A stretch of 64,000 nt of DNA. Origin: Pecten maximus (taxonomy: Eukaryota). The notes under the pieces are model-generated. The model saw only the letters and a list, made by a program, of their open reading frames with translations, was not told where the DNA came from and did no database searches. Below, in pieces: positions 12,851 to 26,135 of the stretch; position 1 is the stretch's first letter, and every line of letters begins with the position of its first letter. Position numbers and translations under genes: made by a program. Location: assembly GCF_902652985.1 (NCBI RefSeq), contig NC_047019.1, forward strand, positions 25,730,001 through 25,794,000, in the 5' to 3' direction.

Positions 12851-15542
12851 ACCACTTAATGCCCGCAACATGGCCATTAATGTTTGTCTTGCTGATACAT
12901 TTAAAACAAGCAAGAATAGTATATGTCTTGTATATATCTATGCCAAATTATGTGACTTACTTTACACCTTTACCATCCACCGAAAATGGCTTACTCTACA
13001 CTTTTACCACCCACCAAAAATTACATACTTCACACTATTACAACCCACCAAAAGCTACATACATTACACTAGAACCGCCCATCCAAAATTGAGCTTCTGT
13101 TTTTTTTATCATAAATCCCAACGATTTTTTATGTATCTGGTAACTTTCTGTTAAATAAAGATTATCATTAGGACGGTGGTATCCTTATTTATCTTTTGTT
13201 GTAGTAAATCATTTCTTGACTGTAGGGCAATGTAAAGCATTTCTTTGTGAGGGGCAGTTAGTGCACTCTTGACGATGTAGTATCTTTAACGTTATGCGTA
13301 ATAATGCTACGTTAGTTTGAATCTTTTTAAAATTATTTTTTGATAATCTTTTAATTGAGTTTGTTATCACGTGTACTCCTGATGCTGCCGAGTTGTTTAT
13401 CCATAACCAATATATTGTCCTAACTTGTTCAACTTATTTTCACCCTTGTTAAATTAAATACTTCCTCTGGGTCAATCTTTGTCGATCACACTGCGACAAT
13501 AACAATGAACATTGATCATTCATCTTTTCATGGTTTGGGATGTTTATCCAGGTACAGATACTCATAGGAAGCTTTATAAATTAATGTTAATCAACAAATT
13601 TTAAGAGGAAACAAAGAAGAAATACAACATGTTTTAATTTGAATCCCGTTATTTCTAGAGCAAAAATCATGCCATTTTACAGTTTGTCAATAATCTATCG
13701 TTAAGGGAGGCAACTCCTGCAATCTAACAGGAATTTATAACCTTTCTATGTTTAGATAACACAACAAGATATACGTTTAGTTTTACCAATTTTATTGGAC
13801 GGAAATAATCACCTGAAGTCTTGCTTCTATCTGAAGAAGAAAAACTCCATATTTACAAAATAAGTTATTACATATAAAATGTATATATAAAATCCAATCC
13901 CAGGCTTTATACATTTAACTAAGGAACATATCTAGTTTTGTCAATACACCATCATACTGTCTCGTCTACCTGAACAAACTCGTCATACAAACCAAACACA
14001 AACTGTCAATAACAAACTGATTTACATATTACTCTGTAGTCGATATCCACGCGTACATCTAACGCGATATCGATTCGAAATGGCGACAGATCGGTAGTTT
14101 ATTCCATAGAAGATGCACGTCATACTGTGGAATCTATAGAGAACTGTTTTAGATGAGCAGTGGGTTTAACACACATTATATAAAAATATGAAACAAACAC
14201 AGTTATCTCTCTCCCTTGGTGACCATGACATGGTGATGATAGGAACTAGCTTGAATTATATGATTTTTTTAAATCCAAAGAAAAAGGCAGAAGTACAACT
14301 GTATGTAATAAGAGTTGACGAAATATATGGTATGTACTCTCCTGAACAGGAGGGAACTCGCAGAAATACAGATACCAGTACAGATACAGAGTATCGAACA
14401 CTTCTTTATATTGGAATGATAATTGATTGCGGAAGTCACAGATCGTTATCATCGGATATAAACCATACTCTCACACTTACACCCTCTCACAGTCACTTAC
14501 CAACAACGTTTAGGCACTCGAAATCCAACACTTCGTAAAATATAATGCATTCGTTCCTCTTTCAAATTAGGGTAAAGAAAACACAAAGTGGACTATTTCT
14601 CCCACAACGATAGCGTGACTTTTTTTGAAATGGTTTGTATATCTTGGTACAATGGATCTCCTGGCAAAATTAAGAAAAAGCACCATCATATAAATACTCC
14701 TACCTAACAGTCACCAAACAAACTCGATCCGTCGCGTTAAAAATAAGTGACTGTACCATTTCGACCTGAATTCTGCTCAAAACTTCTCTATACTGGATTA
14801 TGGATTTTGTCACGGTGATGAATGATTACACGAATTATGAGAATCGAAAACTGTTCTTATGTTTCGGGAACTATTTGTTCGAATCAAAGTGCTGTATTCG
14901 ACAATACTCTATTACAATAGCTAATAGAACGTCTTTTTAACCTAGACATGATACACTATGATGATTTCCAGATGTACAGATGTATTATAATTACAGTTAT
15001 TTGCATGATTTTTAATTTCTTACATGATTCCTTGCCCTTTTTGAAGTGAGTTTTATACAACAATGCTCTCAATTAGATGAGTATTTTTTTCCTATATTTT
15101 TCAAAGTTTATTGATGACCATATGAAATATTTTCATCTTGTTAACCATGCGTCAAGATCCCCTACTGAAGGTGAACACGCGCTTGCGTTCAGTTGTTGTA
15201 AATGGTTATAATACAGTCAATGTGAATCGATATCAAATCCCAAGAAAGGTGTCAGTTTAGAATAATTGGCCATAATTCCATTAAAAAATATTTAAGAGCT
15301 GTCAATATATTACAAAATAATATCTTGACTTATACCATCATATCTTCTGTGTATTTCGTGTCTTGTATATACCTCACCTCTTTTTTTTCAAACAATCAGA
15401 ACTAATCTGTGACGTCAGAGCTAGTGTAGGAAATATATGTTATTTTCATAATTTTTAATTTCCTTTTTTGAATTTTGAATTTAACAAGGGACATATAACT
15501 GTAATTTTCAGTTCCTGAGTCGTGGTAAAAATCTTATGGGCA

Positions 15543-18500
15543 CTAAAAACTTGTGAGATCCTGGTTTTCGTCCGCGACTTCCTCGCCAAAGTCCAGCGTC
15601 ACTTCTGCGTCACACGAGGGGTCACTCTCCTGCATCATGGACATACTGTTCTTGTCCAGAGATGATATCGAGGTCGGGAGGGTCTCGCCGTTATAGGATG
15701 GGTTCTGGATCCCATTCTTAGTTTTGGCATTCATATCCTCTGACACCCTGCGTAGTATGTCTCGGTTTATTTCAAAATGTCCAGCCCTGGACTTCACGTG
15801 TCTACAAGACAAAAAAGATGCTTACTAATGCTGCAACAGGTGAGAGGTGTATTGTTTTCTTATTTTCAATGGGCTTCATTGCTCATCATACTCGAAGATA
15901 GAAGAAAATCCCGAAAAATAGTTATCTTGAAAATAAATAAATAGAGGAAAGTATGACACGCTTAATAATTTCCGTTAAAAAGATATCATTTTCACTTCAA
16001 ACATTTTTTAAACCGCAAAATTTGACTTATCAAAAGTATACAGTCTTTACAATATTTGCCCTGTGTATGTACATTGATATTGCTAATAAATAATACAAGG
16101 TTTATGGTATGTAAATGAGATGTTGGCAGCTGTGTTAGAATTAGGTCAGCATTAGATACAATATGCAGCATTACATATAATACAACTGTTGTATCGACAT
16201 AGACTAACAATCAATGGTAACGACAATCCGTAATGAAATGATATCATATCCATATCGACTCCTAGTATGATTGCCGACGCTTCTCAAAAAACAGTAATCT
16301 AGGTGTAAGTTTATTATGTATAAAGTATCAAATTCAAAGTGTATTCAACATTCTGAGGGAAAATACAAAAATCGAAGTAATTTAACATTGTCAAAATCTA
16401 TAGCGGTTACATGAATCATTTTTATATAAAAGTCACATGCATTTCTAATACATTATGAGGGTCAAAGCATTAGCTGTGAGATGAAAAAAGCGATAATTAT
16501 ATTCTCTAATATAATATTCAGAGTAAAACATGATGGAAACAATAAGCCACTAAATGAAGTGTAAATCATGATTTAGATTCATGAAACGAAATAAGAACAA
16601 ATGCCAGGTAGGTAAAACAATCGTCTTGTTTGCTCGGAGACGCATCAAGTAAATTTACATCAATGTATGTCTTGTCCTGATAGTAATTATATCATGGCAA
16701 CAACAACATCGAGTAAAATAAGGATCCTAATCGGATCTTTTTAAACAACACAACAAGATAAGTCATGTATTCTAATGGATAACTTTTAAAACGCGACAAC
16801 AAGCATGGATTTTAATAGAGATGTTTTTACAAACGATACAAGATAAGGTAGGAATTCTAATAGAGATCTTTTAAAACGCAACGCACAAGATAAGGCAGGG
16901 GTTTGAATAGATATCTGTTAACGTCACGACAAGCTCATATAGAGATTCTCATAGAGATTTTTTAAAACGTCACAACAAGGTAAGGTAGAGATTCTAATAT
17001 AAATCTTTTAAAACGCAACACAAGATAAGGTAGGGGTTTGAATGGAGATCTTTTAACGTCACAACAAGCTAGGATAGGGATTCTCATAGAGATTGTTTTA
17101 AACGTTACAGCAAGGTAAGGTTAGGGATTCCAATAGAGATCTTTAAAAACGCAACATAAGATAAGGTAGGGGTTTGAATAGAGATCTTTTAACGTCACAG
17201 AAAGGTAAGGTAGGGATTCTAATAGAGATCTTTAAAACGTACAAGGACTGATAGCATTTCTAATGACATCGTGATAACGGCAAAAATCTGTTTAGAAATT
17301 TGTGCGATACACATACATTTGTTAACACACATTTCACATGTTATATGTGACATAACCCTATCTAGGCTTTGTGATTTGGTACATTTGTACATTTCTTAGA
17401 CGATACAACCCCATTTTATATACGTGATTTTGTACATTTACACATTCTAAGATACAACCCTTCCTAGGCTGTTTGATTTGGCATAATGCGTCTATGACAA
17501 ATAAGCACAAAAAATGTAATAACAGTGTTCTACATTTATCAACTCTTATCACTTAAAAAGAAAACAATTTCAATGTGGCGACTTCCAAAGCAGAAAGAAA
17601 AAAACGTTCAAGGTTGATATCTAAACGTTTCATCATCACTAGATATCACCAATAGTGCAAATTTAAGCAGTGATGATTTATTATGAAAATGTTTGATATT
17701 TTTCCGATATATAAATGGTAAATTATAATAAAACGGCCACACTATTGTAACTACCAAGAGTACAGGCATAAACAGTGTATGCATGCAATACCAAAGTACA
17801 ATGTATTCAAATTATTACGATTTTCACGAAAGAAATACACAAATGTATATAAAGATATCAAAATATTCATATAGATAATGAAAATTTATTAATGAAGACT
17901 AAAGAAATTCATCAAAGCTTCTAATCGAAAAGTATAAAAGTCATGTTCGTGATTACAACATTGACGCTACTACATTTAAAGAAATGCATGCATGTCGAAC
18001 CTTAAATCTCTCCAGTGTTAGTATTTTATAGTTTGTAGTTATTAGTTCTGACTTTGCTCCTGAAATAGAATATGGCATAACACCAATTTTAGCTTGCATA
18101 TAACATAAAAACGGTTGTTTTTCAAGATCGTGCAAAATTGTTATGCAAAGAAGCAAACGTTATTTATATATATACCTCCCGATAAAACTAAGCTGTATAA
18201 CGTTACTGCACTACTGCAGTTTGTTTAAGTTGACGGTTGAAGCAAGTGTCTTTTCTACATTTGAAAACCATCTAACGAGAGTTAGATAAACATGATAGAC
18301 AGCCGTCATGTTTGTGTCACGAATTCTTCAACAACAAACTTATGAAATTAAAATCCTCCCATCGTAGCACCACAATTCTGATAGCCTAATCACGAAGTAG
18401 CAAAATTTAGATCACAATGGGGAAAAATTAGTATCTGCTATAAATATGTAATTTTACAAACATAAATATTAAGATGACAATCATTGTGCCGGTGCGTTTT

Positions 18501-21500
18501 ATTGATAAAACATTGTTTAAATGACTCCGCACAAATGTTCAAATATGACACCCGCGACGTCGGATGTCACAGCTAAATATTAGACTAATCACTGTCATAT
18601 TCAATTATCAGTCCGTTTCTGGAATTGGCAGGTGTGCTATCGTTGTTTATTGTGATGTTAAATGTTAATTCAAATATTGATTTATTTAAACACCGTGTAT
18701 TTCAACAAATATTTCGAAACAGTGCTTGAGGGCTGAACAATTTGACTATTTCACGAATGTAACTAACAGCATTAAATTGGAATTCAGTCATATATATAGC
18801 ATATACTGGACATGATGTTAGGGATCAAAGCCTGCAAATTCCATGGGGAAACTTTGGGTGATCAAATATGCATCAACAAATGGTTAATGTATGGAAGGTA
18901 ATGTCCCCTAGATACCCTAAATAATTTTCGATATTGGACAAAGAATAATCGTCCAATATTTTCACCAGGTCAAACATTAATATGTTTATCAAAATGAAAA
19001 GTATGTGCAAAGAATGTGTTTATGCATTCTGAAATTATCTAATGTCAATTAGCACCGTTATGATTAACTTTAAGGATGTGATAACAAACATCAAGTTGGT
19101 ATTTTATAGAATGGGCTTCCTTGGAAGTTTGTGAGTAATGCTGATATTGTAATGTAAAAGTAAGGAATTAACATACAAAGACACTGTCATCTTGAGAGTG
19201 TGTAAGGAGTAAACTACCCAGACGTACCTGGCACATATGATGCAGACTATGACAAAGATTATTAGGATCGCAGAAACGATGGACACGGGGACGATCACTT
19301 CAACTGAAACACAACGACATGATAAGTTCATACTGCGATAAGTTTTCGTCTGATGTTTATAATAAAATAATGAAATAAAAACAAATACAAATACCCTTTT
19401 TTTCCGAACAAAAAATAACTTCTGAAACTGATTTTTTAAACATGCTTACGTTTGTAGTTTTCGCCGTCCTGTCCTTGCTTTGACGTCATACTTGGTTTAG
19501 GTGATGTAAGTCCATCTGAGGGTGTCGCCGCCGTACTCGTTTTAGTCTGGACTGTTGTCGTGGTCAGTCGTTTAGTTGTTGTCGATTGTTTACTTGTTGT
19601 CATTGGTTTACCTGTTGTTTCAGTTATAGTTGTTGTCAAAAGTGAAGTCGTTGTTAATGGCTTAGATGTTGTCGATGGTTTAGTTGTTGTTGCAGAAGGA
19701 GTGGTTTTCAAGGGTGTAGTCGTTTTTAATGATGTAGTTGTTGTCAATGGTTTAGTTGTTGTCGATGCCCTAGTTGTTTTTGCAGTCGTTATTGTGGTTG
19801 ATTGTTGAGTTGTTTTCAATGGTTTTGTAGTTGTATTAATTGTCGTTGATGTACTTTGTTCTGTTGCTGTCGAAGGTTTATTTGTAGTGTTGGTTGTCGA
19901 TTGTTGAGTTGTGGTCGACGGCTGAGATGTTGTCAACGGTTTCGTTGTTGTCTTAGTCGTAGTCGTTGTCAATTGTTTTCCTGTTGTAGTTGGTTGTTTT
20001 ACAGTTGTTGTTAGTTGTGTGTTCGTCGTTTGTGTACTCAATGTTGTTTCCTGTTGAGTTGTTTGTTCTGTTGTTTTTGTTGTTGATGATGAACTAGATA
20101 CGGTGGTTGACTGTGAGGTTGATGTTGATAATGCCGAAGTTGTTGTCTGATTAGTTGGTGATTGCGTTACTGGTTTTGTTGTCGCTTCTGTTGAGGTTAG
20201 AGTAGATGTTATTGTAGTCGACGCGGTCGCTGTGCTTGATTCTGGTTCCTTTGTTGTTGTTGCCGCGGTGGTGGTGGCGGCAGCGGCGTCAGTAGTAGTA
20301 TTTCCGGTTGTGCTACCAGTTGGATCGCTGCATTTCATAGCTATATGACCATTCGCACCTGCAAAAGATGTTACTTAGAAACAATCACATCTGAAAACAT
20401 AAAACGTTATCGAATTGTATTTATAAACTGTGTATATTATGCATGTCGAAAACGAATCATAGGAGACGAAGCAAAACTATAATTGATTGTATCTAGTATT
20501 CGTATTTTTTCAATCCAGAGAAAAGATCCCGTAGTCGTGATGAAGAAGATTAAAAGGTTTATGAATAATCTTTCCTATGTGCTGCATTTTAAGTGAAGAT
20601 GTAATTGTATCTTTTGACTGGTTTGAAAACAAGTATGTACTGAAACACAACAATACTGTTTGAACAGGTAGCGTATTGTATGCATACTTTACTCTGTCCA
20701 TTATTTATAGAACGTACATGTATCAGAAAAGGATTGCTTGTTTCATAAGTAAATATATCATGTTGACGCTTCTCAAGTTATCCCTCGCGAGATATTGTAA
20801 AGTGTCGTTCCAATATGGCACGGCTACATACGTAACGATATCAATATATAAAATCCATACCTAGCGACAGGACCATGCAGTATCTGGTATCGAAAGGATT
20901 TGTCTCCATATGGAAGCTGACATCTATTGTATCCCCATTGTCTACAAGGATATTACCATTGATGTAGCACCTTTGGCTGACAGTGGTACTCCCTTTAGTT
21001 AGCACTAGGCGACTTCCACAGTTAGGATAGTTAGGTTGAAGGTCGACATGAGGGGAGAGAAAGATGTCTGAGGAGGCCACAGTATCCAGAGTAACAGTTG
21101 CTGTACAAAAACAAGTGGATGGTTTGGTCTGTCCCTCCGCCGTGTACGTGTCAATGATCACTCTCTTCCCTGATACTTCGGAGTTGGTGCACATGGAAGC
21201 CACTACGTAACATAAAGTATATCATATTTACACAGTTATATCATATATATTTACATTTGCTCCGCAATTCTCATTGACACAATGTTAAGAGGCAGTTACC
21301 ACCTTACGCCTGTAACACCCAGTGGGTCATGTGACATTTAAAAAGATTGTTTTCAGGTTTTTTAAAGTTGACAAAGATGGTAAGACTAAACAGTTGTTTA
21401 ATGTTGTTATATTCGATATAACAGCAAGATATATGGTAGGTAAATGCAGCATGGGAACCTGTGAGATTTCCCCACCATAGGTAGGGTTCCCATGCTGTAT

Positions 21501-24500
21501 TTGCCCACCATACATTAATTACAAACACTAATTAATTCCCCGACCAGTTAATATCAAAGGTCAGACTTTAAACAGTGTACTTACCTCTTGTTACTGATTA
21601 TATGAGTATAAACATAAAAATGGATGTTGATCATAAAGAAGCTATGACCATATGAAGCAATATAATTGTGTTTTAATGCATTTGCAAATCAAATGGATGA
21701 ATTTGATAAGTGTGTTGAAGTGCTATCTGGTACAGAATAAGTTTAATGTGTGTGGTAGATACTCATCATTACATGGAAATTTCATTCGTGATTCCATCAT
21801 CTCTATATATTTAGAATATCGTGTTCATACTGATAACAAAATTATCTATATCACAAACAATATCATCCCCTGTAAATAGTGATATTGCCTTAACACTAAA
21901 TTAAGACAACGGTAATCCAAATTTCTCATCATCCAGCCGTCACTAATCTGAATTCTACACTTCCAAAACAGACATTTTAACAGGATGTTATTAAAATTGT
22001 GCAATTTATTAAGCCATCTCAAACCGGATCATGGAGGCATGAAAGGTCCATTGTCAGAATCTTACCACTAATGTAGTCAGGACATGACCGGATTGGGGAG
22101 GATAAAATGTCAGAATATAATCTGGCATCTAACTACACATGTACGGGCGGAGACTATTCTTTTATAATCAAACTACTAGTGAAGAAACAATATGATTGGA
22201 TTACGGAGGTTCCAATGTCAGATTCTAATTACTGATGTAGGGATGACATCGCCGAATTACGTAATTACTGGTGTAGGGATGACATCGCCGAATTACGTAA
22301 CTACTGATGTAGAAACGATATAACGTGATTATAAAGGGTCCGGTGTTATAATTTATACATTGATGAGGAGACATTAAATATTGAGGTTAACCGGTCAGAT
22401 TCTAACAACTGATAGAGGGTAAACAAGGTCAGATTACGGAGAATCTGCTGTCAGACACTATAACCACTGACCAAGGGACAGCATCACCGGACTATGGAGG
22501 CTAACCGATCAGATACTAATAACTGATAGAGGGGAAAACAAGGCTGGATTACGAAGGCTCCACTGTTAGAATTTAATTACTGATGTAGGGACGATATGGC
22601 TGGATGGATTATGGCGTGTTCACAGTGTAAAACTGAAATGAGTGCCGATATACCGGAAGTTGCTGTAATGTTGTTGGTATGTATTTTTGCGATAGCCATG
22701 AAACAATATTGATTTATGCACAATTACAGATAGCTATATCCTGTTATACCCAGTACAAAATATTACTTCAATTATATATAATCGATAATACAGCGAGCAT
22801 TGGTTTGAAGGACAAATGGGTCAATATTGTATTTATACATTGAACAGCCAGACATGCAACAAGAGCCATTTCCATGTACAAGTAGTTAATATTGACAAAA
22901 ATATGAAGTGGTGACATACATAGAAAGAGTGACATTGGATCCCGTCACATACATTGCACCATCGGTAGTACACACCGTGCAGGCACCCTGCCCATCACCA
23001 ATACTAGTATAGCAGTATAGCATGCTTAGAATGCAATCAGAAAAGCAACTTAAGGCTATAAAGGGGAAGTTTTATAAATTGTACAATCTGTGACTATTTG
23101 GATACTAATTGACAGAAATTAAAAACAAAAATACCAAATACCATCGCAACTTAACCATGATCTTGTGAAATGCATCACTATTTTTGTGAACATATTACGT
23201 TTACCTTTAGGAATGGCTAAGGAAGAACAATACGGGTAAAATTAGGTCCGTTATAATGTAGATTACAATGAATCATTAATTGGATTGACATAACATTACA
23301 ATTAATAAACTGATTACAAATTACTGTTTTTCTTGTATCATTCATGCAATTCATACAGAAAATTCAAATATGCACATGTACACATGTCTCTGAAATTAAA
23401 TAACATTACTGGCAATTTACTTCCATTCTGTGACTAGTTTTTTTTACTTTATATTACCTCATCTAATGATATTTTTTCTCGTATATTTTCATTTCATTAT
23501 TTTCAACATAAAATGACAATCGTATCTATTTGACAATACAAAGTTCTTTATATTATTTATTGTACATATATAATATACCCATCAATGCAGAAAACATGCA
23601 ATGTTACTTACCTGGAATAAGACCCGAGGTGTCTGTAGAAATCTCTGCAAACTGAGCACATAACGTTTGTCCTTGTATATCTGTATGAAGGGAGAAACAC
23701 AGGTAAGTAAAGGAAAGTTATAGTGTAAACCATCACCGATATATTTACTTCCGGGCAAGTCATGTCCATACAAGACAAAAATGAATACCAATACCTTGTT
23801 TTCCTCAATAATAATTAATGATATGAAGCTCCAACGTGCTTCTTTATTTACCAACTTTGTCAACATTGCGAAATAAAATGATACAATGTAGTTGATGGTA
23901 AAATCTACGGAAGCTTAACGCCATATTTCTAGAGACTGTTGAAATTGAAACATCGCCAACAAAATAAAGTCTTCCCATGCTAACCAGTTAATGAAAAATA
24001 TGAAATGTAGAGATACTACTAAAAATAGTTGATAACATATTTACTACAAGCTGTTGATAGGAAATTGAAATCACTGAAGTGTAGACAACAAGTTTTTTAT
24101 CTATTGTTGTGGTAGGCGCATTTTATATACAATATTCAAAAACAAACCAATAATTCAGTGTTTTTATGAAATATTTAAAGGATATGTATCTTTATTGTAT
24201 TATAGACATACCCGTCTATAAAAACAAGGAAGCTTATTAGCCATGTAGCATTGCTAACTTCTATTGACTACCATTCCATTGTCTGAAATTACACGGTTGA
24301 TTGAATAAGAGTGAAAGTGAAACAGAGCATAGGACTAGGACTTACCTGTCCTCTCCTCGCGACATTTTAACGGGGCTTTGTGTTATAAGGGGCATTGTAA
24401 ATCCGTCCTAGCGATTCCATTGTACACGCAATAGTAGTGTCATATGATATACATCACAAAACACATGTCCCATTCAGTCAAATCTTTATGGAAAAGAAAG

Positions 24501-26135
24501 TTTGCAAAATCTAATAGACGAGTTTTCGATAACTCTGTTATCCAAATATTTGCACGAATTTATACGTTTCTTCTGGCAACTACAAGTTGTTCTCGACTTT
24601 CAAGTGTCAATATACATCAGCTAGTGTGAGCTATTGTCATGTTGCTCTTATGTAAATTGCATCTAGAGATTTATGTTTAGTTAGCTTCGACATAAAATTT
24701 AGTAGTGTCTGACACATAATCGTAGTCTAGAATTACACATTTTGTTGTACAAACAGTCTGATGTAAGTTCTTTTAGAACTATAGTGCACATCCCATTGTT
24801 AAATATATCTCAGGGTTTCGTGTAGATGGCCATTTAAAACACTTGAAAGATAGCAAAAGAAGATTATTATGAATTTTTGAAAAACGATACGACATAAACA
24901 TTATGTACACCATGCTAGATTTCATATATATGAATCTTTATTTCCCCTGGAGATGGGGCTTTTGCAATTTCTTGCTCAAACGCACAATTTAATTCAAATC
25001 AAAGGTGCTGATTTCAGACAACATCCCAGGTGTTAGTCTCGTAGGTCGATCCGAAATAGATTCGTTCTATATTCCCTTTTGACTTTCGTTCTCTAACTTG
25101 AATTATTTATACGATTTGTCGGTAATTGTTGCCATGTCTCCGGGAGGTAGTCTGACTAGGTTGGTGAGACCCTGAATCACCTACTCCCTGTCTACCTCTG
25201 GGTGTGTCATATGTTATTCCTTCAATAGACCGGTCGATATCACTATTTATTCTGTTAATAATTTAATTGTGTGAATCTCAATTTACCCAGAGATTTAGTA
25301 AAGACAGATGTTCCATCACATTGACGTGTTTTGGTAACATATGGTGAGTCCTGACATAATACGATTGTCATCATTTATATTATCAAGATCTAACATTTGA
25401 TATAATATAAAAGTATCACCGTTGATACTAGATTAAAAAAACGCGAGCAGAGTATTAACTATAGTCTGGGTATATCTTGATAATACACCTCTAACATGCG
25501 ACCTTCGATGTAAAAACAACAATGATTGCCACATAATAACCAAACCGTAATTTAAACTCAAAATCGAGTAATTGAGGGCAAACTATAACTAAAAAAAAGT
25601 TTGCCTGAAGACTCCACAAAAAGAAGAATATTGCAATAATATATAATTCATGTTTCCCTTTCTTGCCGGTGTATTCCCCAAGCAAGCATCAGGAACAGTT
25701 AAATTTGTTTATTTATTTCATTGTTTTCATTAAGCCTTGTATTTCATTCAGCAATGGAAACTTTAATATTAACCTGACGACTACTGATCTTACATTCTAT
25801 TTAACAATAATTTTACTAAATAGATATGGGTTGTTATAACAGTACTCGCTTGAAATGTGAACTAATAAAGTTAAAGTACATAGTAAGTACTTTTAAAAGC
25901 GATGCCATTTAATACAGACACCATTACCTAACAAATTCACCATGTTATTCATAAGTATCGATTAGTATATTAATAGATATTGATTAAATGGATGCATTTA
26001 TGAATTAATGTAAAGTGTTACAAACTGTTGTACTCTTATGTGTTGTGTCCTTGTAGTTGTGTTTGTGATTGGGTTGTGAAACTCACCTTCAAAAGTAAGT
26101 AGTACCACAGTAAATACGAAGATACAGGTATACAT
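15543..26135 (-). CDS. Receptor A: type-I membrane protein, about 567 aa (signal peptide, 8-Cys CUB-like domain, about 290-aa Thr-rich stalk, TM, tail with NPSY and C-terminal TSF). Exons 26135-26087, 23680-23612, 21202-20861, 20358-19450, 19303-19228, 15801-15543
   Basis: All introns GT..AG with consistent phases (1,1,1,1,2); exons sum to 1704 nt = 568 codons with no internal stop. N-terminus MYTCIFVFTVVLLTFEDIQG-QTLC is a signal peptide. TM is EVIVPVSIVSAILIIFVIVCIICA. The domain exon is homologous to B and C (MC..R..IDT..CxC..C.S.L..C..YC). Confidence 0.82.
16720..17242. repeat. About 39-40-bp minisatellite (ACAAGATAAGGTAGGGATTCTAATAGAGATCTTTTAAAACGC-like), about 13 copies, in the last intron of receptor A
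   Basis: Degenerate tandem array, visible directly. Confidence 0.85.
22025..22620. repeat. Old degenerate tandem repeat of about 58 bp (GGATTACGGAGG..TGTCAGATTCTAA.TACTGATGTAGGGAC) in intron 2 of receptor A
   Basis: Recurring GATTACGG, TGTCAGA and ACTGATGTAG blocks at roughly 58-bp spacing. Confidence 0.7.
24310..24323 (+). promoter_or_regulatory. ISRE/IRF-element-like motif AGTGAAAGTGAAAC in intron 1 of receptor A
   Basis: Matches the GAAANNGAAAC IRF consensus; motif only. Confidence 0.35.

Noticed and set aside
14188-14538. 116-aa ORF between the cGLR and receptor A
   Set aside because: No recognisable domain and no convincing exon boundaries.
19560-19808. Val-rich ORFs (also 38849, 54990, 59197, 59482)
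   Set aside because: Antisense shadows of the Thr-rich mucin exons.
21585-21652. Possible signal-peptide exon for receptor A at donor GAG|gtaagt
   Set aside because: The phase-1 frame has two stops; 26135-26087 plus 23680-23612 give a clean signal peptide.
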